From Vicugna vicugna (Eukaryota): a DNA stretch of 64,000 nucleotides. Location of the stretch: contig MU057947.1 of assembly GCA_013265495.1 (NCBI GenBank), positions 196,048 to 260,047 on the forward strand, read 5' to 3'. Below are positions 13,100 through 25,900 of this stretch, piece by piece. The notes under the pieces were generated by a model. It was not told where the DNA came from and did not search any database. It saw nothing but the letters and a program-made list of their open reading frames with translations. Position numbers and translations under genes: made by a program. Positions within the stretch are counted from its first letter, which is position 1, and the number at the start of each line of letters is the position of its first letter.

Positions 13100-13880
13100 C
13101 TCTCCCTTCTCGTTCTCCCGCTGACGACGTCCACTTCCACGACTACATACTACCTGTGTGCGAATGACGCCCACGTTTTCCCTCCAGTCTGTGCTTGTCT
13201 TTTATTTGCAACATCTCCGCTTAAATCCTACATGGGCAAAGTGGACTTCTAGAGTCTCCTGCCAGCCGCCCACACCCTGTGCTTCGCCCCAGTTTTCCTC
13301 GCATCAGGGGTGACAGTATCCATCCAGTTTCTCACCCTGAGAACCAAGGATTCTTCCTCGGTGGCCTCCCAGCATTTGGTCGCTAAGATCCAGTTCTCCA
13401 GCACGAGCTGCGGGCTCTCCCGCCCACACACATCTTCAGTGGACCCGGTTCTCTCGCATCCGCGGCCCCACTCTGGTCTCAGCCACCATCAGCTCTCTCC
13501 TGAACTCCTACTGGGGCCTCCCACCTGCTCCCTTCCCAACCCCTGACGCCTTCCTATCCATTCTCCAGAGAGCAGGCAGAAGGATGCTAAACGTAAGAGT
13601 GAGCAAGATGCTCTTCCCTTCTTGCCTAAAACGCTTCCAAGGAGCCACAGGAAAGTTACAACAAAACACCAGCTCCTGGGACCCTGCACCGTCCATCACC
13701 TTCCCTCTTCCCTAGTCCCTTTCCACCACGACCTCCTCTCCCCTGCACACTGGAGGCTTCAGGAACCTTCTTTGAGTAACAAGCACCTTCCAGCTGTAGA
13801 ATTATCACTCCAGCGGTCCCATCCTCCATGGAGACTCCTGTCCCTTCCCTCCTCCTCCAGAACTGCTCGTGCTTTGGGTC
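13100..13880 (+). mobile_element. L2 LINE fragment (mammalian type)
   Basis: Pyrimidine-rich, with L2 motifs 'ctggtctcagccaccatcagctctctcctgaac', 'tccattctccagagagcag' and 'gcctaaaacgcttccaagg'. Confidence 0.75.
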
Positions 13881-14770
13881 TCCTTGTTTCTGCCATTGCC
13901 ATCATGCAAATCTTACACAGAAATTAGAATAGTTCCTTTAAGTCGTCACTTTTCAGATCCTTGCTACCTGTTGACAAACTGCTCTCCAAAAAAGGGGAAA
14001 TCGTTTCATGTTCTGGACGGTAAGGTAGGAATCTAAGCACATCACCACGCCCGTGTCAGTCTCCTGGGGCTGCCGTGGCAAAGCGCCACGAACTGGGAGA
14101 CCCAGAACCACCCAGATTGATTGCTCCGTGGTTCTGGAGGCTACAGGGCTGAAGCCAAGGTGCTGGCGAAGCGCTGTCCTCCGTGACAGCTCCAGCAGAC
14201 GGTCCTCTTGCCCCTCCTGCTGCCAGCGTGTGCTGGCAGTCCCTGTAGCTCCGTCACTCCTGTCACACGGCCGTCTCTCCCCTGTGCGTTTTCCCAGCAT
14301 CTTCCCTCTGTGCGTTTCCGTCTCTGGGTCCAAATTTCCTCTTTTCATATATTGGACTAGAACCCTGCCTGATGACCTCATTTTAACCTGATCACCTCTG
14401 TAAAGACCCTTTTTCCAAAGAGGGTTGCATCCTGAGACACTGAGGACTGGGGACTCATACGTCTTTTGGGGTTTGGTTTGGTTGGTTTGATTTGGTCTGG
14501 TTTTTGGAGTTTTTGGTTTTGTTTTTGTTGTTTCCACACATGTTCGGGGAAGGACACAATTCTACCCAGAACAATGCCTGGCCATCCCCCTGTATTGTCA
14601 CACCTACAAAATATTGTCACTTCTCATCACCCTGATGGTCACTTGTGTATTAAGTGGTGAATCGGTGTCCTTGCCATGTGACTTCATCATGTGAACTTCT
14701 CTTGTGAATTTCCGGTTTATGTCCTCACTGCATTTGGTCCCGATGGGAACACTTCCAAGCATTTTATCCA
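13880..14770 (-). mobile_element. Old L1 3' region, antisense, interrupted by an MLT1 LTR
   Basis: 'caaactgctctccaaaaagg' precedes the LTR and 'cttctcttgtgaatttccggtttatgtcct' follows it. Confidence 0.5.
14052..14475 (-). mobile_element. MLT1 (MaLR) solo LTR
   Basis: 'gtcagtctcctggggctgccgtggcaaagcgccacgaactggg...ggttctggaggctac...gatgacctcattttaacctgatcacctctgtaaagaccct'. Confidence 0.88.
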
Positions 14771-15189
14771 CCTCTTCGCCCCGCCCACCGGAGGGGTCTG
14801 GATGCCCAATTAACACAGCAATGAGGAAGCACTGTGTTCATCCCTGGTCACACACATTAGAAGCATGAAAGAGAGTGACTTGCTCCTCAACGGGAAGACC
14901 AGATCTGTCGTCACGCAAGGTTGGCAATAGCTGAAACTGAATCACCGAACCCCCAGCGAAAATTTTAGAAAAGGGTGTTTCTCATTTGTAAAGCGAAAAA
15001 TGGCCAAAACCCTTTCCTCTCTGTGACTCATTTCTACCTATAATAGCCTCAATTATCGCAAACTACCCCAGCACTGCCTGTTTTTAAAAGCCTTTTTACT
15101 CATTTCCACTAAACATTCTACATGCTATTACTATGTGAAGTGTGATTTTTTAAAAATCATTGGACTGTATTATATTAAAGTAATAAAAG

Positions 15190-15340
15190 TGATTATCTAG
15201 TCCAAGCCCCTCCCATTTACCAAGGAGGAAATGGGATTTAGCGAGTTAAGCCTAAGATTACAAGGACAATTCGAGGAGTAGAGCCAGGTCTGGTGCACCA
15301 AGTGCCTGGCTTTCAGCGAAGGCTTTTCTCAGCCACCGCT
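15190..15340 (-). mobile_element. MIR SINE fragment
   Basis: 'tctagtccaagcccctcccatttaccaaggaggaaatgg...gagttaag' resembles the reverse MIR core. Confidence 0.6.
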
Positions 15341-16964
15341 GACCTTAAGAAAAGTGGCTGTGGCCCCCGTCCAAGATGACAGTGCTCACTCTGATGTCTG
15401 TGAGCACCTGGCCCGCTTGTCCTGTTCTCTGCTCACATTTCTCAGCTGATGCACAGAACGAGCCTCTGTTGCAGGCGTCACCCCACTTTTTGGAGCAAGA
15501 CCTGGAGGCCCGTGGCTCACGGGCCGCTGCCGAGTTCACGGGCGGGTGAGCTGAGCGGCCAGGACGTGGCCCAGGCTTCTCAGGTGAGAAATGGTTCCCG
15601 CCAAAATCCTCCAGGACGCTTCGGTCACAGCGGCCGCTTCCAGTGTCAGAAAGCTCCCCTGAACGGAAGGGTCATTGAACTAGTTATTCAAAAACAGCGA
15701 GAGAAATTCTGAAGGCTTAGTCCTGATGCTCTGTCTTCTCTTTCCTCACTGCTAAACGCAAGCATCTTTCCCCCTTCAGACTAAGAAACCTGCGTTTCTT
15801 GGCCCGAAGCATGGCTAAGCTCAGGGGCCCCGCATGCCGTGCTTCGGGGGGCGCCTCCCCTCCTGCGCAGGCGGCCGTGGTGCCCGCCGGGGGCCAGCGC
15901 GCTGTGCCTGGGCGGAGCTGCCGGCGTTCTTACTCTCACTGCCACACGCGCAGGCTTATTGATTCCGCTCATACTTTTACTATTAATAATTGAGTCATGA
16001 GCCTTATTTCTTAATCCCATTTTATCCTCTGTACTCATCCTAGTCATTCTTTACATTAAAGGATTAGTGCTCTGGGTGCCACTGGACAAATAAGAATCCA
16101 CCTCGGGAAAGACACGTCTCCAAAAAGAGAGCAGGAGTAACGTTTCCTTAGGAGCAGGCTTAGCGCAGGGGGCAGCGGCCCTGAGGGCCCTCTGACAGTG
16201 TCCTCGCCCAGCCGGCCCTGCTCGGTGGACGGCGGGCAGCCGTCCCCGCCGGGCAGCGTCTCGTTACGTTTCACACGGAGGCGACCCTGAGTTCTCCCGC
16301 GCAGGTGGGTACCCGCGCCATCCCAGTGCAGTGACGTCCCCTCCACGGGGACAATGAGCCAGCGTCTCAGGCCAGGGCTGCCCCTCTCCACCTCAAGGTC
16401 CGACGAGCAAGGGGACACAGCAGGTCCCCGAGAGCTCTGCTGGCCGCTCGGCAGTCCTCTCAGCTGAGAACTTTGAGGCTCCACTCCAGCCACCTCTGGG
16501 GGACATTTTCCATTAGGGAGTGTGGCCCGGTTCACTCCACAGGTGATCTGCCTCAGGAAGAAAGAGCCACTACCCATTTAAACAAACAAAAAAAGCTTCT
16601 CTGTTGGAGAGAAATTACTTTAACCATTGAAGGATGACATCGTTCATCCAGGTAAATCTTGGAGTCGAAACCATGACACGTCATTACTGGCAGACTCTGA
16701 GCCAGCCAGAGATGCAGCAGGGAAACACTGATGTCCGCAGCCCCGGGGAGACTATCGGTCAGAACAAGCGGTAGGACGTCTATTCCCTCTTCTGGCTCAG
16801 TTACCAGGCATCGCCCTGCACGTTGCCCCCGGTTTACAGGTGTGTCTGCTTAACATACAGCGGCGTGGTGGCCACTGCGTACAGGGCGCAGGCCGGACCG
16901 TCTGGGCCCTCGGGACCGAATGGCGGATGGGGGAACGTCACCCAAGGAAAGCTCATGACCTTGG

Positions 16965-17180
16965 CGTCCAGCAGAGCTGGAGGTGACCCCTTGCTCTGCC
17001 ACTGCCAGTCTCAGCAGCTTCAGCCACTTTCCTGACCTCTCAGGCTCTCAGTATCCTCACTGGAAGAATGAGGATAAAAATACCTATTCTTCAAGGGCTG
17101 AAGGCATTAAATGAGAGAACGGATCCAGATGTAGATAAATATCTCTGACAGTGGCAGACACTCATTAAAAAGCCACTATT
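16965..17180 (+). mobile_element. MIR SINE
   Basis: 'ctctcagtatcctcactggaagaatgaggataaaaatacct...attaaatgag'. Confidence 0.75.
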
Positions 17181-17664
17181 GAAATGAGACTCCGCTGCTG
17201 ACAGCAAACCAAGCTGGAAGAAATTGGCAGTGCTGGACTGTCAGGCAGTTATTTTAATTAATCAGTTTAAGTATTGAGACTCCTAAACAGAATCATTTAA
17301 AGGAAAAAACCTGCAAGAGTAAGTTTACGTAGCTTGTGATCTATTTTTACATCTACTACTTCCTACTTGAGCACTGGGGTTAAATGCTTTAGCGACTCCT
17401 TGTCTCCCTCATCTATGAAACAGAGACCATTAGTCATCGCAAGTCTAAACACCGCCACTCACAGACACCAGAACACACTGTTCGCCCGTAAGAGAAGCTG
17501 CAGTCTGTAATGGGTGTGAATAAGGTATTTCCTTGCAATAATGAAAGTTAAACGAAAACACAGAAACACTTGTCTCCAATATGTTACCCAAAATATTTCT
17601 GAATCTGTTTTTCAGCTAAAAGTAAGAATAAAATAACTCTAGCAATAACACTTTTTAATATATT

Positions 17665-18830
17665 TTTCATCATTTCAATGTTCAAACAAGTATCAAGTAC
17701 CCAATATGTGCCTGTATCTTTAGAACATGAGAACATTGCAAAAATAGAGCCCAGGATTTAGAATCTAGTGCAGAAGACAGGCAGCAAAAAAAAAAAAAAA
17801 TTTAAATAGCAATCTGGCCATGCCGTTAGAGGAACGTCTAGGTATATGGGGAACACACGAGAAAAAAAAGAGACATCTACATAGTTCCACTGAGATCAAG
17901 AAAGAATTTATGGAAGAGGCAAAGTTTGAGTTGAGATCTGAAAAAAAAAAAAAAAGAAAAGAATAGGAACTCACAGGCAAGGAGATGAGGATTCCAGGTG
18001 CAATGGGTGTTACGTGCAAGGGTGGGGCTGGGAGAGACACAGCACATCTGATACCAAGGGGACGCAGCGAGAGGACCACACAGGGAGTAGTGAGGAGGGG
18101 TGGGGGCCACACAGGAAGGTAAAATAAGCCATGTGAAAGGGGTTCAGCTTCACCTTTGGGGAAAGGAAAATGTGGATTAAGCAGAAATCTAATACCAACC
18201 ATAGGATAGTATGACCAAGAGGGATGAAACAGAAACAGTTACATCGGTTGGGAGATTGGTTAGCAGTTTGGCCAAGAAACTATGTGGAGTGAAGAAGAGA
18301 CAAAAGCTGGGGAGATTTTCAGCTCAGGGATCTGGGTGAGAGAGAAGGCATTTATCAACGAAAAGGTCTCAGAAGAGGAGGCTAGTTTTGTCAGGGGTGG
18401 AAGGAGAATTTATAAATTAAGTGCTGGTCATATGGACTTTTGATTGTGTAGGGGACATACTGATAGGGAAATCCACAAGGCAGTTGGAAATAAGTGTTTA
18501 GAGCTTATATCACTATAAAAGGCATTAGCAGGAGAGCATATTTATGGGAATATATAATATTACTGAGGGATAATTTGGAAATAAGAAAAGAGGTCCAAAG
18601 AAGAATCTTGAGAGATGATCAATATTTAGGGTCAGCTGTATGAAGAAATATTCACAAAGAAGTCTGAGGAGTGGATAGAATGTGGGTAAAATTTCAGCAA
18701 GAATGGTCGGACAGTGTATGGCACATTCAAATGCCTGCATGGTTGAAAAGGCAAAGGAGAAGAGGGTTTCAAGAAGGAAGCTGGTTGAAGAAAATATAGG
18801 AGTGAAGAAATACATATAAGGCGAGGAAGT
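17665..18830 (-). mobile_element. L2 LINE fragment, antisense
   Basis: Purine-rich reverse-L2 pattern: 'tatcaagtacccaatatgtgcc', 'gaagaggcaaagtttgagttgagatctgaa' and 'gtaggggacatac...aggcagttggaaata'. Confidence 0.75.
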
Positions 18831-18859
18831 CCTTTCTAAACGTACTAATAGAAGTGGAA

Positions 18860-20400
18860 TTTTTTTAAAGAAAAAAGGTATCAAGATGTTAGATTTACAC
18901 CTTAATATGTAAACAACTATACAAAATGTAAGTGAATAAAGTCTTATTATTAAAGAAAAAGACTGTCAGAGTGGATGAAAACAAAAAAGCCCAATATTAT
19001 ACTACTCCAATAAATACATCCCAAATATTAGAATGGAGTTTGAAGTGAAAGGATAGAAAAATCATATATTATAGAAACTTCAACCAAAAAAAGCTTGCAT
19101 GTATATATTGACACAGAAAAAAATAGATTTCAAAACAGGAAAATCCTTTTCTCTCTCCCCCCAGACTTAAAGAAGGACATATAATTTTTTAAATCATTTC
19201 ACCTGAAAGAAATAGCAATCATAAACATGTATGCACCTAGTATTTTAGCTTTAAAATCCATAAGGCAAAAATTGACATTAAAAGGAGAAATATACAAATC
19301 TACAATCACAGTAGTAAGTTTTAGCACACCTCCTAAGTAACTGAGAAAGTGAGCAAAAACCAGTAAGAATGTAGAAGGTTTGAACATACATGATTAACAC
19401 ATTGACCCAATTGGCATATGTAGAACATGTAGAACATTGTACCCGACTATGTCAGAATAAACTTTCAAGTGCAAATGAAGCATTTACCAAATAGACTGTA
19501 TGCCAGATCATTGAGAAAATCCCCATAGATTTCAAAGGAATAACATCATCCAGAGTATGTTCTCCATTCACAGTGCACTTAAGTTAGAAAACAAACATTT
19601 AGAGACCTTAAAAATTTTCCAACTGCTTAGAAATAAAGCCATATACTAATAAATTACCATCTAGATATCACTATAAATTTAAATTTATTTTGACCTGAAG
19701 ATAAAAATAAACAATAAAGCATATTTTAAAACATATGTGATGTAGCTAAAGAGTGCTTAGAGGAAAATTTATCCTCTTGAATCTATGTATTAGAAGACAA
19801 AGAAGAAAGGCTGAAAATCAAACACTGATCATCCATCTCAAGAGGAAAAACACAGCAAAGTAAGTCCAAGAAAAGTGGAATAAAGGAAATAATAATAAAG
19901 ATGAGTGAAGATGTCAATGGAATGTAAAGCAAACATGTAAGAAATAAAATTTAATTGACATTTTGAGAAAAATAAAAATTAAGAGCCTGTAGAAATACTG
20001 ATAAAAGAAAGAGAAAGAAAACGTAGATTACACAGTATCAGGAATGCAGAAGGGCATATCAAGAATTCTACAGACATCATAAACATACCAAGAAGGCATT
20101 ATGGGCACCTTTATGCCAGTAATTTGAAAACCCAGGTAGATTGGACAAATCCCTTTCAGAATGCAACCAACCAAACTGACACAAGAAGAAACAGAAAATC
20201 AGAAGTAGTCCTATAGCAACTAATCACATTTAAATTCTTCATTAAAAACCTCCCCACAAGAACAAGGCAAGACCCACACAACTTTGCTGTTGAATTTTTC
20301 CAAACATTTAGGAAAGAAATAATATCAATCTCACACAAAATCTCTTAGAGAAAAGAAAGTAAACACTTTCCAATTTGTTTCTAAAGCTACCAAAGGCCCA
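18860..20400 (+). mobile_element. Old L1 ORF2 (endonuclease to early RT region), decayed
   Basis: A-rich, with 'aaaagactgtcagagtggat', 'ataaacatgtatgcacctag', 'aaaggagaaatatacaaatctacaatcacagtag', 'tttatgccagtaatttgaaaac' and 'tccaaacatttaggaaagaaataatatcaatc'. Confidence 0.9.
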
Positions 20401-20437
20401 GTGGAACTTATAAAACAAAATACTGGTATAGTATTTT

Positions 20438-20490
20438 GTGTGTGTGTCTCTGTCTCTGTCTCTGTCTCTCTCTCTATATATATATATGTA
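20438..20490. repeat. Compound microsatellite (GT)n/(CTGTCT)n/(CT)n/(TA)n
   Basis: Directly visible in the sequence. Confidence 0.9.
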
Positions 20491-23400
20491 TGAAGGAAGA
20501 AAATTCTGGAAAAAGAGTTATATATACAAAAAGGTAACTATTGTTTTTTCATGTAGTTTGAACTGTATTTTCTCTTTTCCTTGTTTCAGAATTTTCAATT
20601 CTTTTGAAGTAAGCATGCATATGTTACCTTCATGTTGAATATTATAGCTGTTTAATTTGGGGAAAAAAATCAAGTAAATGCTAAAGCATTTTACATTTTG
20701 ACAGCAGTCAGAGAAAATATCTCAAGTCCCCCTTATACTGGCAATTTTAGTTAGATGGTGTACATTTAATCCAGTAAATTATAATGGATTTGGGGCTAAA
20801 AAGTGAAGAAGCAGAGACAGCAAATAAAAATATAAATTTCCAAAAAGCTTAATCATGCAGAAAAGGAGAATGAGAAAAGTGCTGCCCAGTGAGAAAGGAG
20901 CAGCCCATAAGAGAGAAAACTTTAACCGGGGAGAGATTTGAATTTGCATGTAAATTTGTAAAGAAAAGAGAGGACACAGATAAACAAGCACAAAGAAAAT
21001 GCTACCCATGGACTGAGACTCTGGGACAGCTGGGGACAAATGTGATGAAATGTGTCGCTCTCAGTCTTTCGTTGACTCTGCTTCCCCGTCACCCCAGCTT
21101 TCCTCCTGGACTTCCTTCCCCTGCCTGGGAGCTCATTCAAAGCACATCGCTGGAGCCTATGGCATCAGCCTCCAGCTGGCACCTGCCGCGGCTACAATAG
21201 GGACAAGCTCAGGAAGGAAGCAAGGTCTGCTATAGCCTCTACGTCTGGATCGTGAGTTCTTCCCATCCTTGGCGGCCCCTCTTGGAAGTTCTCCCTGCAA
21301 ACTGCTATGTCACCTCCTTCCACGCTGTGCCTGGGGCGTCGGGAAGCCTGGGGGCCTCTCTGAAGCTTGCCTTACTCCCCTTGGTTCTTAACCACCACTG
21401 TCTTCCTGGGCATCACTAATGGCCAGAGATCTGAACCACTGCTTCATGTGGCTGACTTCCCTCTGCAACGTTCAGTATTCATAATACCCACCTACGGGAA
21501 AGAGGGAAATGATTGACTCAAAGGGTAAGATCTGCCACCAAAAAAAATGGGTGGGAGGGACAAAAAGGAGGCAGAAAGTAATAATTGAGCCTCTTGAGTG
21601 TATAAAGACAGTGGGAACTGACTCGGAAGGAAAAAGGAAAATGAACTCTTAGGACTTTGGTTAATTTTTGAGAAGAAACAAATGGCAGTTTGTCAAGTCC
21701 TCAGACTGTTTTCAAAAAATGACAGGGTTGTTCTTGGTGTTCCCCTGGAATCCCGCCTCCTTCTTCACACCGGAGAAATCTTTGCCCCAAATCCAGCTGC
21801 TTCCCCCAGACGATAATAACCTATTTAACCCCTGCCCCCTCGCAGTGGAAGGTGAGACCGCTGGACAGTAGCTATCGAAATTTTTGGCAATGGAAGGAAA
21901 AAAATTTTTTTAATTTGAGCAACAGATGGACAATTGCATATTTCATTGCGGTTGGCAGCTTGCCTTTTCTTAAAAAGGCATTCGCGAGCCTGCCAATGGG
22001 GGCCTCAGGTGCTCCTGGCTGGTTCTCACTAACCAGGGTGGGCAAGGGTCCAAGGCATCCTCGGTGCTGTGCCCTGCTGGCATCTTCAAGGTCTCTGCAG
22101 CCTGAGGATCCTGACTGGCTCTCAGCCAGGTGACTGGTTTGTGCAGTGAATCAAAGTCACTGACCATTTCTAGGAGCAGAGATGGTGCCTGCAGCCTCCA
22201 CGGAAGCCCCGGCAGGTCAGTGCTCTCTCCCGAGGAAGGCGTGGCCCGTATTTTCCAGCGATCCCCTGATCCCACCTGTGTTCAGGCTTAGAGGCAATCA
22301 AGGCAAAAACAAGGACCAGCTCTCCACAAATGTGTCCATGCACACAGCATACACCCTGCCAACCATTTAGGAAATTTGGAGGTCGTGAGGTTGGGAGGCA
22401 GTGAGCTAGTGGGTGTAAAACACTACGCTAGACCTGAAAGCAGCCCTGGACAACGTGGAACACACTTGTTCACTTACAGGATGGAGAAGTGGAGAACTTA
22501 AGTCATACCCAGAATCTGTAGTGCTGCGGAGTCAGCACCTGGCCCCACGGGCAAACCCTCCCTTCCTAACATCAGGGGACCCTGGGCATCTTTTTACCTG
22601 ACTCCCCAGACAGAATGAGTGGACCCGCAGCATCCCGGTGACACCACTGCTCTGCTGCCAGTAGCGTGTCCCCGCGTCTGTGCAGTAATTCATCTCCACC
22701 AGCAGCCTGGGGCGGAGGACAGATAGATCTCGCCAGGTTTGCGTCCCAGAGTCTAGCATCTAATCACATTCATAAAAATTCACTGAGACATTCCAACAGC
22801 GTGCTAGCATTGATGTTTCTCTCTGCATTGGCATGAAATGCAACCAAGGATGTTTACGAAAGACGTTCAGAGAATTCCAGAAATGCTCCTCACAGAAACG
22901 TAAGCTAAACCTTTCAAATTTCAGACAGAATCCCCCTGGTTGAAATCAGTCACTCCGTCTGCTCAATGCTGATGACACACAGACAAAATTCACAGAGATC
23001 AATCTGGGCTGTGAGCCAGAGAGACAGAAGTCCCCTCCGGTGGCCACGCCCTCACTGGCCAACAAGGAAGACGCCCGGGCAGCCCCGCTGTGGACAGGGC
23101 CCTTCTCGTTCTGCCAAGGGCACCGTTAATCCTTCCCACTCAGAAGCCACTCCTGCTCCACTTTCTCCCCTTTGGGGTTCGCTCAGGAACCAAAAGAACA
23201 AGTGGGCTTCCAGAATGAGAACGTAACAGGTATGTGACACGGGGCACGCCGGAGCTCGGAGGAACACCTCTTGACCCGGATCTGAGGGAGACAGGACAGG
23301 GATCTCAAGGCTCCCGTTTCTGACTGCCTTCTTGTCAGCCGTTTAGTCTTCACCTCTGCCACCACCAGAAGCCCGACTCCTCTCTCCCCGGGGCAGCGCT

Positions 23401-24520
23401 GACTTTCAGTGCTGAGCACCTCGAGGCACTGGGGGTGATGGGGAGAGAATGGCACTCAGCTCCTAGAGCGAGCAGCAGCCCGCAGAGCATCGGTCTCCGG
23501 ACCCGTTTTGATAGCTCCCTTTGTGCAGCTGTTACAGGTACCACTTCAGTACGTAATTCGAAAATGCCGTCTGTGAAACGGCGCATCAAGCGGACTACGA
23601 CCGACCTGCGAACGCTCACCCCAGTGCCACACCGTGGGTGACGGGCGCGCGGAACCGTCTCCGCACGCTCCCCTCCTCTGCGTTCGCTCTCCTCGCTGCC
23701 TCGGAACAACGCAAGTTTAACGATCTAGGATGCCGTAGAGAAGTCATTCTTGAAATCAAGTAGTTTTGAGGAAAAAAATATTAAGAGAAGGATAAACAGG
23801 CAATTCAAGATAGTTGGGCAGCAGGAGAGAGGAAGCAAGGGATGGGGATACTGTCCAAAGTGTCGTCGTCCAAACGGGGCCCCCCGCTGGCGAGCCAAAG
23901 GGACAGGATTAGTAACTATGTCTGGACCACAGGGAAAACCCGGACAGCCCCACTGAGGATGAGAGAGGCACGCAGGGGCTAAGCCATTGTCGCTGGTCTG
24001 GAGCGCCAGGTCTGCAGGCGGTGATGGGTTTACGGGTGTTCACTGCTATGAACACCTACATACATAAAATAGGGCCACACGTGCTCAGGTGTGAGAGTGG
24101 CATAAACCAGGGACCATCACTGAACAAACTCCGAGCACCAGCGGTCCATTTACAAAATCAGCACTCTTGCTAATGAACCAGCTAAAGATGGGGCAAGTGG
24201 TCTAGCGCTAGTAAACCACCATTTATTCTTGATTATGTAATTTTGCAATGTTCATACCTCTCTCTCTCTTTCTCTCCCATACTCTAAACACAGGCATTTA
24301 AACCAATCACAGAGCCTTCAGGTCAGCTGCCAATTCACAGCCCAGACACTCAGCCTCCAAACCACATCCTGTCTTTAATAAATCCACTTTCCATTTTCTC
24401 TCTGTTGACTCTAAAACCAAAAGAGAGCCCTTGGCTGTGAGTGGTTTTCTTCACTAAGCATGACGAGTGGCACACACCTGTCTTTCCTCTTCTGTGAGGA
24501 AGGACCGTCTTCATCTATTC

Positions 24521-24660
24521 TTTTTTTTAATTAAAAAAATGGGGGGAGATAATTATGTTTATTTATTTATTTATTACTTTTGGTGGAGGTATCAAGGATT
24601 GAACCTGGACCTCATGCATGCTAGGCCTGTGCTCTACCACTGAGCTACACCCTGACCCCC
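24521..24660 (-). mobile_element. Camelid tRNA-derived SINE (vic-1 type)
   Basis: The reverse complement reads 'ggggtcagggtgtagctcagtggtagagcacaggcctagcatgcatgaggtccaggttcaatccttgatacctccacc...aaataaataaacataattatctcccccc'. Confidence 0.85.
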
Positions 24661-24674
24661 ATTCCATCTATATT

Positions 24675-24900
24675 TTTATTACTATGTTCATTTACTTGTT
24701 CATCTACCCAACCAACCACTTATTACACGCTTTTCGCTGGGCACAGCCCCAGGTACTGGGGACGACACAGCAGCAGTTCACGTAGCCTGATCCCTGCCTT
24801 CTAAGACCTTGTTATCTAGATGATGGTTGATAAGCACCGAAATGAGCAGCCCAGGTAACAAACATCACAGGCAATATATGAGGGAAGCAACTGCAGGAGA
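24675..24900 (-). mobile_element. L2 3' end fragment, antisense
   Basis: 'ccacttattacacgc...ctgggcacagccccaggtactggggacgacacag...ccctgccttctaagaccttgttatctag'. Confidence 0.65.
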
Positions 24901-25249
24901 TGGAGAGGACACCACTAACCAGATGTTTAAAGTGTATAAATATTAACTGTCTGGGGACAGCAAGGTCTCTGTCATCCTGCCAATTGGGCAGATAAGTATA
25001 GTCATCTGGTTAATCAAATTTTCTGTTTTTGCCTTAATTTACAACTAAAATTCAAAATTTTAAAGGAAGTGTTTTATTTCACACTCAGATACTCATTTTC
25101 AGACATGCCAAGACAAGACAGTCGGATGACCAGAGAACGTGAAAGCATTCTTAGGAACGGTGAGAAGGGGAGGTAAGCTGACAACATGGTGGGGCGTCAG
25201 GATGGCAGGCTTGCCCGCCGCCGACCCGGCCCCGTCCTGCGAGCTCCGG

Positions 25250-25900
25250 GCCGGATCCCAGCACCGCATCAGACATCTCCACTCTGTCCAATGAGCGTTT
25301 TCAACTGAACATCCTCAAAACGGAGCTTCTGATTCCTCTCCCCAGCTGGACCTTCTTCATCTCAGCAAGAGGTAACTCTCCCCTTCCAGGTCACCCCTTC
25401 TCCTGACTTTCCTCATATTCCACGTCCAAGCCACACACACACACACACACACACCCATGACCTTCTTATGCCTCCGTGCTGACCACCTCCAAACAAGCCA
25501 CACTCACCTCAGTGTGCTTAGAGAGTGGTCAGGCCACAGCCTGGTCCCCATACATGCCCCTGTTCTGAGCCCCACTGCTCTCGCCTCGCCAGGAGTGAGG
25601 CCAAAGTGCTGAGTGGCGTCCACAGGCCCCCACAGGCCCCCACCATCAGGCCTCCGTTCTCTCCTAACTCCACTCCCTCCTGCCCTGCCTTGCTCGTCCC
25701 CGTGGGCTCCCTCCGCAGGGTCTCTGGTCTGGCGGCTGTCATTCCTTTGCCAGATGTCTGCGTGGCTCGCTCTTTCCCTTCCAGGCTCTCATGCTCTTTG
25801 TCGAAGACTGTATCCTCAGCACCAAGGCCAGTGCCTTGTCCACGGCCAGCACTCTACGCCATTTGTTGAGTGAATGGATGAATGAATGGATGGATGAGTG
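25250..25900 (+). mobile_element. L2 LINE 3' portion with terminal (GAAT/GGAT)n tail; internal (CA)n at ~25433-25453
   Basis: Contains 'tcaactgaacatcctcaaaacggagcttctgatt' and ends 'ctgtatcctcagcaccaaggccagtgcc...atttgttgagtgaatggatgaatgaatg'. Confidence 0.8.
25815..25835 (+). promoter_or_regulatory. Candidate RE1/NRSE (REST-binding) site
   Basis: CTCAGCACCAAGGCCAGTGCC compared with the consensus NTCAGCACCNNGGACAGCGCC; the canonical 2-bp spacer is present. Confidence 0.55.
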
